Source: Thermoplasmata archaeon | Lineage (GTDB): Archaea; Thermoplasmatota; Thermoplasmata; Lutacidiplasmatales; UBA184 | Direction: 5' to 3' | NCBI GenBank assembly: GCA_021816865.1 | Contig: JAKAWX010000001.1 | Span: forward strand, 124,739 to 188,738 | DNA length: 64,000 bases | In this document: positions 20,576 through 29,076 of the stretch, in pieces | Numbering within the stretch: the stretch's first letter is position 1 | How the letters are laid out: the number at the start of each line of letters is the position of its first letter | The notes under the pieces: model-generated | Database searches by the model: none | What the model was told of the DNA's origin: nothing | What the model saw: the letters and a program-made list of their open reading frames with translations, nothing else | Program-made: the position numbers and the translations under genes

Positions 20576-21976
20576 ATGGCGATTCGGGGCCCGGTGGTCG
20601 ACAGCGTGCTCGACCTCGTGGGGAACACCCCGCTCGTCCCGCTCAAGCGGGTGACGCAGGGCCTCCCCTACCGGGTGCTCGCGAAGCTCGAGTACCTCAA
20701 TCCGGGGGGTTCCGTGAAGGACCGGATCGGTGCGAGCATGATCGACGAGGCCGAGCGCACCGGGGAGCTCCGACCCGGCGGCACCCTCGTCGAGGCGACC
20801 AGCGGGAACACGGGCGTCGGCCTCGCGCTCGTCGCAGCGGTACGGGGGTACCGGACGGTCTTCGTGCTACCGGACAAGATGAGCGCGGAGAAGATCCGCC
20901 TGTTGCGGGCCTTCGGGGCGCGGGTCGTCGTGACCCCGAGCGGCGTTCCGCCCGAGCACCCGATGAGCCATTACTCGGTCGCCCGCCGGCTCGCGAGCGA
21001 GATCCCCGGCGCCTACTATCCCAACCAGTACGAGAACGCGAACAACCCCGATGCCCACTACCGAACGACCGGTCCCGAGATCGACCGGGACGTGGGCGGC
21101 GACCTCACGGCGGTCATCGGAACGGTCGGCACGGGCGGGACCATGAGCGGGGTCGGCCGCTACTTCAAGGAACATCGCCCGTCGGTGAGGATCGTCGCGG
21201 TCGACCCGGCCGGCTCCCTCCTCGGTCCCTTTTTCCGGACGCACACCCTCGGGAAGGCGACGCCCTACCAGGTGGAGGGGATCGGGGAGGACATGATCCC
21301 GAACTCGATCCACTTCCAGTACCTCGACGAGTTCGTCGAGGTCGGCGACCGCGAGTCGTTCGTGATGGCCCGCCGACTCGCGCGAGAGGAGGGGATGTTC
21401 GTCGGCGGCTCGGCCGGCTCGGCCGTCGTCGGAGCCGTGCGGTGGCTGTCGGGACACCCTCTGCCCGACGGCGCGACGGTCGTCGTCATCCTTCCCGATT
21501 CGGGCGACCGGTACCTCTCGAAGTTCTACTCGGACGACTGGATGCGCGAGAAGGGGTTCCTCGACGTCGGGGCGGCCGCCCGTGACCTCATCGGCCGCAA
21601 GGGGCCGACGCCGGCGCTCGTCGCGGTCGACCCGACCACGGTCGTGCGCGACGCCCTCGCCCTTCTCCGGCACCACGACATCTCCATGATGCCCGTCCTC
21701 TCCGGGCCGACGAACGTCGGGAGCTTCCAGGAGGACGAGGTCCTTCGCCGCGCCCTCGCGGACGAAACGGTGGTCGAGCGGTCGGTCGCCACCGTCCTCT
21801 CGGCGCCGTTCGTCGAGGTCGGCGCGGACGCCCCGGTCTCGGAGGTCCTCCACCGCCTCAAGGAGGAACGGGCGCTGCTCGTCCGCGACGCGGCCTCGGG
21901 GGCCGCGATCGGCGTGCTGACGCGCCACGACCTCGTCGGGTACCTCTCGGAGGAGGAGGGCGAACGTGCGGTTTGA
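20576..21976 (+). CDS. cystathionine beta-synthase (PLP-dependent domain plus a CBS-domain pair)
   Basis: LNPGGSVKDRIG (PLP lysine), SGNTGVGLA, GTGGT. The C-terminal region of about 130 aa has a CBS-pair pattern (HHDISMMPVL..., LVRDAASGAAIGVLTRHDLV). Confidence 0.85.
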   Translation: MAIRGPVVDSVLDLVGNTPLVPLKRVTQGLPYRVLAKLEYLNPGGSVKDRIGASMIDEAERTGELRPGGTLVEATSGNTGVGLALVAAVRGYRTVFVLPDKMSAEKIRLLRAFGARVVVTPSGVPPEHPMSHYSVARRLASEIPGAYYPNQYENANNPDAHYRTTGPEIDRDVGGDLTAVIGTVGTGGTMSGVGRYFKEHRPSVRIVAVDPAGSLLGPFFRTHTLGKATPYQVEGIGEDMIPNSIHFQYLDEFVEVGDRESFVMARRLAREEGMFVGGSAGSAVVGAVRWLSGHPLPDGATVVVILPDSGDRYLSKFYSDDWMREKGFLDVGAAARDLIGRKGPTPALVAVDPTTVVRDALALLRHHDISMMPVLSGPTNVGSFQEDEVLRRALADETVVERSVATVLSAPFVEVGADAPVSEVLHRLKEERALLVRDAASGAAIGVLTRHDLVGYLSEEEGERAV

Positions 21977-23108
21977 CACCCGCCTCATCCACGCGGCCCA
22001 GCCCGCCGACCCCCTTACGGGTGCGGTGAACCCGCCGATCTACCTCTCGAGCACCTTCCGCCAGTCCGCGCCGAACGTCCACAAGGGCTACGTCTACAGC
22101 CGCAGCGGCAACCCGACCCGCGCGGTGCTCGAGGCGACGATCGGGGCGATCGAGAGCGGCCGCGCGGGCCTCGCCTTCTCCTCGGGCCTCGGCGCCCTCG
22201 CGACCCTGCTCGAGGCGTACCCGACCGGGAGTCGGATCGTCGCCGTCGACGACCTCTACGGCGGGACCTGGCGCCTGATGGACCACCACCGTCGCCAGTT
22301 CGGCGTGAACGTCGACTACGTCGACATGACGGACCTCGCGAACGTTCGGGCCGCGCTCGCCCGACCCGCGGACCTCGTCTACGTCGAGTCCCCCACGAAC
22401 CCGCTCCTCAAGATCATCGACCTGAGAGCGGTCGCCCGGATCGCCCACCGCGCGAAGGCGACGGTCGCGGTCGACAACACCTTCGCGACACCGGCGCTCC
22501 AGCGACCGATCGAGCTGGGCGCCGACGTCGTCCTTCATTCGACCACGAAGTACCTCGGCGGCCACTCCGACATCATCGGCGGCGCCCTCGCGTTCGGGGA
22601 CGCGAAGCTCGCCGAACGGTTCGCCTGGCTGCAGAACGCGGTCGGCGCCGTCCCGAGCCCGTTCGACTGCTTCCTCGTCCTGCGGGGGATTCACACCCTC
22701 GGCGTGCGGATGCGCGCCCACGAGGAGAGCGCGCGGGCCGTCGCGGAGGTACTGGACGGGCACCGCAAGGTCCGGTGCGTCCACTACCCGGGCCTCGACA
22801 GCCATCCGCAGCACGCCCTCGCCCGACGCCAGATGGGCGGATTCGGGGGGATGGTGAGCGTCGAGCTCGCGGGTGGGTCCCGCGCCGCGCTCGGGTTCAT
22901 GCGGCGGCTAGAGGTGTTCGCTCTCGCCGAGAGCCTGGGCGGAGTGGAGTCGCTCGTCGACCACCCGGCGACGATGACGCACGCGAGCGTGCCGAAGGCC
23001 GAGCGCGAGGCGCACGGGGTCACGGGGGGGCTCGTCCGATTGTCGTGCGGTATCGAGGACCCGGCCGACCTCGCCGACGACGTCCGTACGGCGCTCGGAA
23101 GGAGCTAG
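21966..23108 (+). CDS. cystathionine gamma-lyase / gamma-synthase family PLP enzyme
   Basis: The Cys/Met-metabolism PLP family pattern is present: YSRSGNPTR, VDNTFATP, HSTTKYLGGHSD (PLP lysine). It overlaps the CBS gene end by 11 nt. Confidence 0.85.
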   Translation: MRFDTRLIHAAQPADPLTGAVNPPIYLSSTFRQSAPNVHKGYVYSRSGNPTRAVLEATIGAIESGRAGLAFSSGLGALATLLEAYPTGSRIVAVDDLYGGTWRLMDHHRRQFGVNVDYVDMTDLANVRAALARPADLVYVESPTNPLLKIIDLRAVARIAHRAKATVAVDNTFATPALQRPIELGADVVLHSTTKYLGGHSDIIGGALAFGDAKLAERFAWLQNAVGAVPSPFDCFLVLRGIHTLGVRMRAHEESARAVAEVLDGHRKVRCVHYPGLDSHPQHALARRQMGGFGGMVSVELAGGSRAALGFMRRLEVFALAESLGGVESLVDHPATMTHASVPKAEREAHGVTGGLVRLSCGIEDPADLADDVRTALGRS

Positions 23109-23110
23109 GC

Positions 23111-24553
23111 GTGCGCCGCTTCACCGTCTACGACTCGCTCTCCCGGTCGACCCGGGAGTTCGCGCCGATCCATCCGCCGCGCGTCGGGCTCTACGTCTGC
23201 GGACTGACGCCGTATGCCCCGGCGCATGTCGGCCACGGGCGGACGTTCGTCTTCTTCGACGTCGTCGCCCGGGCGCTGCGCCGCTGGGGCTACCGCGTCT
23301 TCTACGTGCAGAACGTGACCAACCTCGACGACAAGCTGATCGCCCGCGGCAGCGAAGAGGGGATCGACCCGCTCGTCCTCGCGGACCGTCACTTCCTCTC
23401 GTACCGCCTCTCGATGGAGCGGCTCGGGGTGCGGTCGGTGAACTACTACCCGTTCGCCACCGACTACGTTCCCGAGATCCTCGAGCAGGTTCGTCTCCTC
23501 CTCGACCGCGGCTTCGCCTACGTCGCCTCCGACGGCTCGGTCTACTACGAGGTCGCGAAGTTCCCGGGCTACGGCCGGCTCTCCGGTCAGAAGGTCGAGG
23601 CCCTGCGGGCCGGCGCCCGGGTCGAGGTCGACACGCGCAAGCGTTCCCCGGAGGATTTCGTCCTCTGGAAGGCCGCGACCCCGGGCGAGCCCAGCTGGGA
23701 GAGCCCTTGGGGCCCCGGCCGGCCCGGTTGGCACATCGAGGACACGGCGATGACCGCCCGCCTCCTCGGGGACCGCTACGACCTCCACGGGGCCGCGGTC
23801 GACCTCATCTTCCCGCACCACGAGGCGGAGATCGCCCAGGCCGAGGCGGCGACCGGCCGTGCGCCGCTCGTCAACTACTGGATGCACGGCGGCCTCCTCC
23901 TGTTCGACCGCGAGAAGATGTCGAAGTCGCTCGGCAACGTCATCTCGCTCGACGAGGCGATCGACTCCTTCGGCCCGGGGCCGCTGCGCCTGTTCTACCT
24001 GAACGCGCAGTACCGCGGCCCGCTCGACTTCCACCCGGACCGGACGCTCGCGGAGGCGCGCGAGGCGTACGCCCGGCTCGCGGTCGGCATCGAGCGGATC
24101 GACGACCTGCTCGAACGGGACGGGCCCGAGCGGCCGGGCGCCGAGCCTCCCGAAGCGCTCGGGCACGACGCGCAGGAGCTCGTCGAACGCCTGGACCGGA
24201 CCCTGGCGGACGACTTCAACACGCGCGAAGCGATCGCGCTCCTCTTCGGGTGGACCCGAAAGATCGCCGAGCACCTCGCCCAGCTCGATACGTACTCGGG
24301 CGCGGGGCTCGAAGGGCTCGCCGCTCCGTACCGTTGGGCCGAGGAGGTCCTCGGGCTCTTCGCGCGGGAGCGAGGTTCGCGCGCCGGGGCCTGGGGCTCG
24401 ATCGTCGGGGTCGCGATCGCCGCCCGGGCGCGCGCGCGCGCCCGCGGGGATTACGCCGAGGCGGACCGGATCCGGGACGAGCTTCGCCGGGCGGGGGTCG
24501 AGCTCGAGGACGGGGCGGGCGACACCCGCTGGAAGGCGGCCGGCGGCCCCTAG
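23111..24553 (+). CDS. cysS: cysteine--tRNA ligase
   Basis: Class I motifs are present: YVCGLTPYAPAHVGHGR (HIGH-type) and KMSKSLGN. The GTG at 23111 lies 2 nt after the upstream stop. Track ORF starts at 22775. Confidence 0.9.
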   Translation: MRRFTVYDSLSRSTREFAPIHPPRVGLYVCGLTPYAPAHVGHGRTFVFFDVVARALRRWGYRVFYVQNVTNLDDKLIARGSEEGIDPLVLADRHFLSYRLSMERLGVRSVNYYPFATDYVPEILEQVRLLLDRGFAYVASDGSVYYEVAKFPGYGRLSGQKVEALRAGARVEVDTRKRSPEDFVLWKAATPGEPSWESPWGPGRPGWHIEDTAMTARLLGDRYDLHGAAVDLIFPHHEAEIAQAEAATGRAPLVNYWMHGGLLLFDREKMSKSLGNVISLDEAIDSFGPGPLRLFYLNAQYRGPLDFHPDRTLAEAREAYARLAVGIERIDDLLERDGPERPGAEPPEALGHDAQELVERLDRTLADDFNTREAIALLFGWTRKIAEHLAQLDTYSGAGLEGLAAPYRWAEEVLGLFARERGSRAGAWGSIVGVAIAARARARARGDYAEADRIRDELRRAGVELEDGAGDTRWKAAGGP

Positions 24554-24569
24554 GGGCGCACGGGGGACG

Positions 24570-25604
24570 ATGCGAGGGTTCGGGTTCCGCGAGCACGGTG
24601 GCGTCGACCGGCTCGAGTTCATCGACCTCCCGGACCCGGTCCCGGGCCCGGGCGAGGTCCGCGTCGCCGTCCGCGCCGCGGCGTTCAATCGGCTCGACCG
24701 CTTCACCCTCGCCGGCATCCCCGGCGTCCCGGTCGAGCGGCCCCATGTCCTCGGCTCGGACGGAGCCGGCGTCGTCGATTCGGTCGGCGAGGGCGGGCCA
24801 TCGCTCGCCGCCGGCACGAAGGTCCTTCTCAACCCCGGCCTCTGGGACGGCACGTGCGACGCCTGCCGCGCCGGTCGCGAGGCCCTCTGCCGGAACTACC
24901 GGGTGGTGGGCGAGCACACCCAGGGAACCGCCGCCCCGTATGTCGTCGTCCCTTCCGCGAGCGTCCACCCGCTGCCCGAGCGCCTCTCCTTCGAGGAAGG
25001 GGCGGCGGTCCCGCTCGTCTTTGAAACCGCGTGGAGGGCGCTCACCACCGTCGGCGAGGTCGCCCCGGGAGACCGGGTCGCCATCGTGGGGGCCGGGGGG
25101 GGCGTTCCGACCGCGGCGGTCCAGGTCGCGAAGCTGCGCGGCGCCACGGTGGTCGTCGCGTCGCGGTCGACCGCGAAGGAAGCGAAGGTCCGTGCGCTCG
25201 GAGCGGACGGTTTCGTGACGTTCGACGACGAGCACCCGCTCGACAAGGTCCTTTGGCAGTGGAGCGAGAAGCGGGGGATCGACGTCGTGTTCGACTCGGT
25301 CGGGGCCCCGACGCTTCCCCGATCGGTCCGCGCGCTCGCCCGGGCGGGCCGGGTGGTCGTGGTCGGGGCGACCGCGGGTCCGGTCGTGGAGTTCGACGTC
25401 CGCACCCTCTTCTGGCGGCAGGCATCGATCCGCGGAAGCACGATGGCCGGCGCCCGGGAGTTCGAGGACGTCTTGGCCCACCTCGCGGCGGGCCGACTCA
25501 AACCGGTCGTCGACTCCGTGACCCCGTTCGAGCGCGCCCGGGAGGCGTTCCGACGGTTCGACGACGCGGACCTGTTCGGAAAGATCGTGCTCCGGGTGGC
25601 CTAG
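24570..25604 (+). CDS. zinc-type alcohol dehydrogenase / quinone oxidoreductase (MDR superfamily)
   Basis: PGPGEVRVAVRAAAFNRLD, the GSDGAGVV motif, and the Rossmann motif VAIVGAGGGVPTAAVQVAKLRGA. Confidence 0.85.
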   Translation: MRGFGFREHGGVDRLEFIDLPDPVPGPGEVRVAVRAAAFNRLDRFTLAGIPGVPVERPHVLGSDGAGVVDSVGEGGPSLAAGTKVLLNPGLWDGTCDACRAGREALCRNYRVVGEHTQGTAAPYVVVPSASVHPLPERLSFEEGAAVPLVFETAWRALTTVGEVAPGDRVAIVGAGGGVPTAAVQVAKLRGATVVVASRSTAKEAKVRALGADGFVTFDDEHPLDKVLWQWSEKRGIDVVFDSVGAPTLPRSVRALARAGRVVVVGATAGPVVEFDVRTLFWRQASIRGSTMAGAREFEDVLAHLAAGRLKPVVDSVTPFERAREAFRRFDDADLFGKIVLRVA

Positions 25605-25689
25605 ACCTCGCGCTCCCCGGCACCGGCGGTAGCCGCCGTGGTGCGAACCGTCCCCGGTCGTCTTTCCGGGGACGTGTTTCGAAAGCACA

Positions 25690-25697
25690 TTTAAGTA
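25690..25697 (+). promoter_or_regulatory. TATA box TTTAAGTA about 28 nt upstream of the GTG at 25722
   Basis: The extended element TTTAAGTAGAGGAAC is almost identical to the one at 43496 (TTTAAGTAGAGGGAC). Confidence 0.5.
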
Positions 25698-25721
25698 GAG
25701 GAACCCGGCCTTTCTTGCCAC

Positions 25722-28700
25722 GTGAGTCGTTCAATGGGACCGCCCTCGGGCTCCGGGGGACCCGTACGGCTTCGGGATCGGCGCATCATGCGGGGAACGG
25801 TGGCGGTGGTCGGGATTCTTCTGGTGCTCCTCGGTTCGGGCGGTCTGCTGGTCGCGGCGTCGCCGTCGCCGGCCGCACCGTTCGCCGGCTCGGCCGCCGT
25901 CTCGCCGGCGGCGGTGACGCACGGCGACCTCGTGGTCGCGAACGGCACGTCGGTGACGATCGGCCCGCTCAGCGGGAGCACCACGTACTACCAGGGCGGC
26001 AACATCACGGTCGAGCCGAGCGGGACCCTCATCGTGCAGAACACGACCCTCAGCTTCGTCCAGTTCGTCGGCGCGTCGGGGACCCTTTCCGAGCGCCTTT
26101 CGCACATCTACCGGTTCGTCGACCTCGGGACGGTCGACTTCGTCAACTCCACCCTCACGACCGACGTGGCGACCCTGAACGCGTCCGCGAAGCTCTTCGT
26201 GAGCGTCTCGGGGACGCTCAACGTCCGCAACTCGGTCTTCGCCTTCCCCGGGTGGCTCAACGTCGTCGGGTCGGCCGCGGCGGCGACGTTCAACCGCTCG
26301 CTCGTCGAGCCGAACCCGGCGGTCGCCGGCCTCGTCGAGCCCTCCGTCCTGCTGGCGGACACCTCCTCGAGCCCCGTCCTGAACGTCTCGGGCGGAGCCC
26401 AGTTCAACTTCTTTGCGAGCCAGTATGCCGGCCTCTACAACGACAACCTGACCGCGAACGGGGTTCCGAGCGCCCCGCCGTTCTCCACGACCTCGAGCGT
26501 CGCCCTCCCCACGGGAGGCGTGACCCTCGCGAACGGCGCGTTCAGCCTGCCGAGTCCCACCAACTCGACCGCTCTCGCCGAGGCGATGCTCTATCCCAGC
26601 GAGGCGGCGAGCGTTACGGTGACGATCGACTACACGAGCACCGCCGGCGGAACGGTCACGGCTCCGGTCTCGGTCGCCTATGCCGGGTCGCTCTACCCCG
26701 TCGGGACCGCCTCAATGCCGACGACGGGGTCGAGCGCGACCCTCGTCGCGGGAGCGGGCTCCCCGCTCGTTCAGGCGATGAGCGAGGGCGGAAGCCCGTT
26801 CGACCTCTCGGCGGGCGTCACGTTCGCCTCGGCGTCCGCGGCCGGGGTCACGCTGACGAGTGTCACGCTGTCGCTTACGGCCGCCCCGAACTACAACCTC
26901 ACGGCGTCGGGGAGCGGTACGCGCGTCGCCCTCGTGGACAGTTCGCTCGGCGTCAACTTCAATCCGAGCCTCTCCAATCTCTCGTCGGCCCTGCCCTGGG
27001 CCTCCAACAAGCTCCTCGTCACGGCCGGCGCCGAGGCGTTCCTCGCGAACCTGACGGTGCCGAACCCGCTGCCCGAGGTCTACGCGACGTCCGCCGTCCT
27101 CCCCTCTTCGGGGGGATCCGCCGTCGTGTACCGGTGGGCCCAGTTCAACCTCACGGGCGGCCCGAACGCGATCCTCGGGATCAACGGCGGCGCCGTCTCC
27201 GCCTACTACGCCTCCGACTCGAACCAGACGAACAATGCGACCGCGAACGCGCTCAACGACCTCGCGGCGACCTCCCCGGCGATCTGGGGGTACCTCCAGT
27301 ACTGGGACGCGGTCCAGGGACGCCCCGCCTACGGGTCGAGCGGTCCGAGCGGCATCGCGAGCGTCCTCCTCGCCTCCGCCGAGATCGACGACACGTCCCT
27401 CCCGAACGGGAACTACCTCGGCGATTACCATGTCGGGGTCTACGCGCCGCTGACTCCCCCGGTCACTTCCTGGCTGCTCGGGGCGGTGAGCCCGTACCCT
27501 CAGGGGGTCGCGGCCGGAACGAGCGGCTACGGCCAGCCGGACGTCCTCTCGAGCGTCAACTTCCCGCAGTACGTCGTGAACGCGTCGGCCGGCGGGGTGG
27601 TCGTCAGCGCGAACTCGACCGTCAACTCGACGGTCCGGATCGGTCAGGTGCTCGGCGTCAACGTGACGTTCACCAACTACGGGGAGGCCCCCGTCTACGC
27701 GGTCAACGCGACCCTGTACTGGAACGCGAGCCGCACGACACCGATCGCGCGCGTCTCGGCGAGCGGGCTCACCCTCGCGAACGGGGCCTCGCGGACCTTC
27801 CTCTTCAGCTGGGTCGTCAACGACACCGTCACCGGGCTCCGGGGCCACGCGTTCCTACAGAACCTGTCGGGCGTCGTCGGCTGGAACGGGACCCTTAGCG
27901 GTTCGTACCATGGCGGGGCCGTGTTCACCGCGCCGGTGACGTTCACGCCCTCGCAGGTCGTGGTCGCCTCGGCGACCGCCCCGGCGTCGAGCGTTTCTCT
28001 TGGCCAGACGTACCTCACCTTGGGCGTGGTCCACTACAACGGCTCCCAGCCGGCGACCCTCCGCCTGTTCGCGACCCCCACCTCGGGCGGCTCGCCGGTC
28101 CAGGTCGGGTACGCGAGCTCGCTCGCGGGGTCGTTCTCGGTCGCGTGGACCGCGAACGGACTGAGCGCGGGGACCTCCTACACGCTCACGGTCGTGGCGA
28201 CGTACAACGGCGTGAGCTCGGCCGCGTACACCGCCGGCACGTTCTCGGTCCCGGGGTCGCCGACGACCGCGAAGAGCTTCCTCACGCAGACGTTCTTCGG
28301 GCTCCCCCTGTGGATGTGGCTCGCGATCGGCGCGGCGATCGTGATCGCGATCGTCGCCTTCCTCCTCTTCGCCCGCCGCCAGGCCGCCGGCAAGCTGGTC
28401 GAGTGCGGCGAGTGCGGCAACCTGATCCCCGAGGAGGCGACCGTCTGTCCGAAGTGCGGGGCGGAATTCGAGGCCGACCTCATCCGCTGCAGCCGCTGCG
28501 CCTCCACGATCCCGGCCGACTCGACCGTCTGTCCGGAGTGCGCCGCCCAGTTGCTCGGCAAGCCCGGTGAGGGCGCCGACGACCCCGAGCGGCAGGGATA
28601 CGCCGACTTCACCGAGAAGTTCCGCGCCGAAGCGAAGCGCGAACTCGGCGAGAACTACACCGAGGGTGCCTTCTGGGACTGGTGGAAGCGCCAGCCGACG

Positions 28701-29000
28701 TACACCTCCTTCAGCCAGTGGAGGCTCCAGCAGGGCCAGGGAACGTCGCGCACCGGCATGACGGCCCCGCCGGCCGCCGCCGAGGCCCCGGGGCCGGCAG
28801 CCTCCGCCTCGCCGCCGCCCCGCAAGGGGACGGGCGGTACGCCGCCGGCCGCACCGTCGCGGTCCGCGGCCCCTCCGGCCGAGACCGTCCTGCCCCCGCC
28901 GCCCGCGGGGGGAGCGGGCCTCAAGGCGTGTCCGAACTGCGGCAAGGAGATCCCGACGGACTACCTCGTCTGCCCGTTCTGCGGCGCCGTGACGCAGTAG
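25722..29000 (+). CDS. very large surface (S-layer-like) glycoprotein with one C-proximal TM and a cytoplasmic tail carrying three zinc ribbons
   Basis: 1092 aa. It has an N-terminal signal/TM (VAVVGILLVLLGSGGLLVAASPSPAAP), a long Ser/Thr/Asn/Gly/Ala/Val-rich ectodomain with many NxS/T sequons, a TM (LWMWLAIGAAIVIAIVAFLLFARRQ), then CGECGNLIPEEATVCPKCG, CSRCASTIPADSTVCPECA, and a terminal CPNCGKEIPTDYLVCPFCG. An alternative start is the ATG at 25734. Confidence 0.7.
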   Translation: MSRSMGPPSGSGGPVRLRDRRIMRGTVAVVGILLVLLGSGGLLVAASPSPAAPFAGSAAVSPAAVTHGDLVVANGTSVTIGPLSGSTTYYQGGNITVEPSGTLIVQNTTLSFVQFVGASGTLSERLSHIYRFVDLGTVDFVNSTLTTDVATLNASAKLFVSVSGTLNVRNSVFAFPGWLNVVGSAAAATFNRSLVEPNPAVAGLVEPSVLLADTSSSPVLNVSGGAQFNFFASQYAGLYNDNLTANGVPSAPPFSTTSSVALPTGGVTLANGAFSLPSPTNSTALAEAMLYPSEAASVTVTIDYTSTAGGTVTAPVSVAYAGSLYPVGTASMPTTGSSATLVAGAGSPLVQAMSEGGSPFDLSAGVTFASASAAGVTLTSVTLSLTAAPNYNLTASGSGTRVALVDSSLGVNFNPSLSNLSSALPWASNKLLVTAGAEAFLANLTVPNPLPEVYATSAVLPSSGGSAVVYRWAQFNLTGGPNAILGINGGAVSAYYASDSNQTNNATANALNDLAATSPAIWGYLQYWDAVQGRPAYGSSGPSGIASVLLASAEIDDTSLPNGNYLGDYHVGVYAPLTPPVTSWLLGAVSPYPQGVAAGTSGYGQPDVLSSVNFPQYVVNASAGGVVVSANSTVNSTVRIGQVLGVNVTFTNYGEAPVYAVNATLYWNASRTTPIARVSASGLTLANGASRTFLFSWVVNDTVTGLRGHAFLQNLSGVVGWNGTLSGSYHGGAVFTAPVTFTPSQVVVASATAPASSVSLGQTYLTLGVVHYNGSQPATLRLFATPTSGGSPVQVGYASSLAGSFSVAWTANGLSAGTSYTLTVVATYNGVSSAAYTAGTFSVPGSPTTAKSFLTQTFFGLPLWMWLAIGAAIVIAIVAFLLFARRQAAGKLVECGECGNLIPEEATVCPKCGAEFEADLIRCSRCASTIPADSTVCPECAAQLLGKPGEGADDPERQGYADFTEKFRAEAKRELGENYTEGAFWDWWKRQPTYTSFSQWRLQQGQGTSRTGMTAPPAAAEAPGPAASASPPPRKGTGGTPPAAPSRSAAPPAETVLPPPPAGGAGLKACPNCGKEIPTDYLVCPFCGAVTQ

Positions 29001-29076
29001 GCCGCGGCGCGCCCGTTCGGACCGAACCCTTTCCCCCTCTGCTTTATCCCGCGCCGGCCTTGCGTCGGGCCGAGAG

